Source of the DNA: an uncultured Methanomassiliicoccales archaeon
GTDB taxonomy: Archaea > Thermoplasmatota > Thermoplasmata > RBG-16-68-12 > JAJISG01
Direction of reading: 5' to 3'
Assembly (NCBI GenBank): GCA_964348155.1
Contig: CAYGBN010000002.1
Span: 3,520 to 67,519, forward strand
DNA: 64,000 nt
Shown: in pieces, positions 62,276 to 64,000 of the stretch
How positions within the stretch are numbered: the stretch's first letter is position 1
Layout: every line of letters starts with the position of its first letter
Translations under genes and position numbers: made by a program
Notes under the pieces: generated by a model
What the model saw: the letters and a program-made list of their open reading frames with translations, nothing else
What the model was told of the DNA's origin: nothing
The model's database searches: none

Positions 62276-62986
62276 GTGAGCATGGGGCTCCCCCGATCCC
62301 CTCGGTGGATCACCTTCGACGTCTTCGGCACCCTCTTTCGAGTGGAGGAGATTGCCCATCCGGACCTGATGGAGGAGATCATCCAGCGGACGGGGCTCAC
62401 CATGGGCGTGGAGGAGCTGGGCCAGCGCTGGTGGGACGCGAGCTACCGAGTGGCCCACGAGTCCTTCGTCACCGTCCGCGAGGCGACACGGCGGGCCCTC
62501 GGCCTGCTGTTCGAAGAGGTGGAGGCCCGGGAGGATCCGGGGCCCTTCGCCGACCGGCTCCTCGCGCGATGGGGCACGACGAATCCCTACGACGAGGTGC
62601 CCGAGGTGCTGCGCCGCCTCGAGGGGTTCCGCCTGGGCATTGTGTCCAACATCGACGATGAGCTGCTGGAGACCCTTCTGCATCGCTCCGGCCTGGCCGC
62701 CGCCTTCGCCCTGCGGGTGACCTCCGAGGCCTCCCGCGCTTACAAGCCGGAGGCGAAGATCTTCCGGGACGCCGTCAAGGCGGCGGAATGTCCGCCGGAG
62801 GAGGTCCTGCACCTGGGGGACACCCCCGTGGATGACGTCCTGGGCCCGAAGCGCGTGGGCATGATGGCGGGGTGGATCAATCGTCGTGGGGAAGCAATGC
62901 GCGGCCGCATCCCGGCCCCAGACCTCGTGGCCGCCGACCTGCGGGAGGCCGCGGACCTCATCCTCCGGCGCGCGCCAGGGTCGTGA
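62276..62986 (+). CDS. HAD-superfamily hydrolase (haloacid dehalogenase-like, subfamily IA)
   Basis: ITFDVFGTLF (motif I DxxGT), …GIVSNID… (motif II), …KPEAKIF… (motif III), …HLGDTPVDD… (motif IV). Confidence 0.75.
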   Translation: MSMGLPRSPRWITFDVFGTLFRVEEIAHPDLMEEIIQRTGLTMGVEELGQRWWDASYRVAHESFVTVREATRRALGLLFEEVEAREDPGPFADRLLARWGTTNPYDEVPEVLRRLEGFRLGIVSNIDDELLETLLHRSGLAAAFALRVTSEASRAYKPEAKIFRDAVKAAECPPEEVLHLGDTPVDDVLGPKRVGMMAGWINRRGEAMRGRIPAPDLVAADLREAADLILRRAPGS

Positions 62987-64000
62987 CTCTCTCCGCCAGG
63001 GCGTCCCCCACCTGGCTTCCCTTCGCCTTCCCGCCCAGGTCCCGGGGGAACACCTTCCCCTCTTGCAGGATGCCCTCCACGGCGGCCTCCACCGTCCGGG
63101 ACGCCTCCAGGAGGCTCGTCTCCCCCCTCCGGTCGCCCAGCCACTCCAGCATCATGGAAGCGGCCAGCACGGCGGCCATGGGGTTGGCCACGTCCTTCCC
63201 CTCGTGCTTCGGGGCGCTCCCGTGGATGGGCTCGAACATGGCGTGGCGGTCCCCCACGTTTCCCCCTGCGGCCAGGCCCATGCCACCCTGGAGAACGGAG
63301 GCCAGGTCCGTGGCGATGTCGCCGAAGACGTTGCTCGTCACCGCCACATCGTACCCCTCCGGGGCGCGAATCATCCACTGCATGAAGGCGTCCACGAAGG
63401 CGTAGTCCCGCTCCACCCCGGGATGCTCCTCCGCCACCTCGTCGTAGATGCGTCGAAACATGCGGCAGCCATCCAGGACGTTCGACTTGTCCACGCACGT
63501 GACCCGCCGGACGCCGTCCGAAGGCGCCCCCTCCCGCTTCTCGCAGAGGGCGAAGGCGAAGCGGATGACGCGCTCGGCCCCCCTCCGCGTGGTGATCCGG
63601 TTGTCCACGGCGAGCTCCTCCAGGCCGCCCCGCCGCAGGATGCCTCGGACGGGGGCGTAGAGGTCCTCCGTGTTCTCCCGGATGATCACGAAGTCCACCT
63701 TCCCCGGCTCCCACACCTGCTTGAAGGTGTCGTGGATCTTGTGGCGGACGTTCGGGTAGAGCTTCGTGGGGCGGACGTTGGCGTAGAGGTCCAGGCCGAA
63801 GCGGAGGCCGAACACAACCCCTGCGCCGGCTAGATTCCCGTCGGGCAGCGTGGCGCCCGGGTACCCCACGGCCCCCAGAAGGATGGCGTCCGCCTGCCGA
63901 CACGACTCAAAGGCGCCGTCCGGCCACTCCTCCCCCGTCTCCAGGTAGTGCTGTCCGCCGCAGGGATAAGGGACGAGGTCGAACTCCAGGCCGTATGCCT
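62958..64000 (-). CDS. Isocitrate/3-isopropylmalate dehydrogenase-family enzyme (N-terminus beyond window edge)
   Basis: …LRFGLDLYANVRP…IRENTEDLYA…NVFGDIATDLASVLQGGMGLAAGGNVGD… IDH/IMDH signature. The frame is open upstream of the ATG at 63869 through to the window end, so the gene is truncated by the window. Confidence 0.85.
   Translation of the reverse strand, partial: AYGLEFDLVPYPCGGQHYLETGEEWPDGAFESCRQADAILLGAVGYPGATLPDGNLAGAGVVFGLRFGLDLYANVRPTKLYPNVRHKIHDTFKQVWEPGKVDFVIIRENTEDLYAPVRGILRRGGLEELAVDNRITTRRGAERVIRFAFALCEKREGAPSDGVRRVTCVDKSNVLDGCRMFRRIYDEVAEEHPGVERDYAFVDAFMQWMIRAPEGYDVAVTSNVFGDIATDLASVLQGGMGLAAGGNVGDRHAMFEPIHGSAPKHEGKDVANPMAAVLAASMMLEWLGDRRGETSLLEASRTVEAAVEGILQEGKVFPRDLGGKAKGSQVGDALAERVTTLARAGG

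Noticed and set aside
1-64000. Haloarchaeal origin suggested by ~67-68% GC
   Set aside because: Encoded proteins are not acidic (normal Lys/Arg content, no Asp/Glu excess). Gene content (exosome, bifunctional PGI/PMI, ATL-like/EndoV fusion) fits a non-halophilic euryarchaeon better.

Overview
This 64 kb window is a high-GC (roughly 67-68%), gene-dense archaeal chromosomal segment with about 75 protein genes and one intron-containing tRNA. The archaeal assignment rests on TBP, TFB, the exosome subunits Rrp4/Rrp41/Rrp42, proteasome alpha, prefoldin beta, KEOPS Pcc1, the RNase P proteins Pop5 and Rpp21, r-proteins L37Ae and S17e, RpoP, Cbf5 and FtsZ. The proteins are not acidic, so this is not a haloarchaeon. 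FtsZ, a bifunctional PGI/PMI and an alkyltransferase-like/EndoV fusion suggest a Thermoplasmatota-like euryarchaeon, but that is inference. The main blocks are as follows.
- A KaiC-like ATPase pair followed by a class-III-signal pilin-like gene.
- A 2162-aa AglB/STT3 oligosaccharyltransferase with about 1250 aa of C-terminal beta-sandwich repeats.
- A purine/folate cluster: purD, folD, metF, purH, purN.
- metG followed by a PHP-domain gene.
- An archaeal riboflavin/FAD cluster: ribH, ribC, ribL, ribB.
- A 10.5 kb co-directional exosome/proteasome superoperon, extended upstream by ftsZ and two tandem KaiC-like ATPases.
- An ATL-like/EndoV fusion next to panE and tbp.
- An ABC exporter.
- A Ku plus LigD-type ligase NHEJ pair next to the replicative ATP-dependent ligase.
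- A 1004-aa PKD-repeat surface protein.
No rRNA genes, CRISPR arrays, transposases or integrases were found. Many long alternative-frame ORFs in the track are GC-composition artefacts.
The observations most worth a second look are these.
- CUG initiation: three genes (metF, the PHP-domain gene, rnhB) have canonical N-termini that begin exactly at an in-frame CTG, with no ATG/GTG/TTG available.
- A G6 homopolymer that splits a two-domain KaiC-like gene.
- The AglB mega-fusion.
- The Cys-to-Trp alkyltransferase-like/EndoV fusion.
- The archaeal Ku/LigD pair.
- The KaiC-KaiC-FtsZ operon head.
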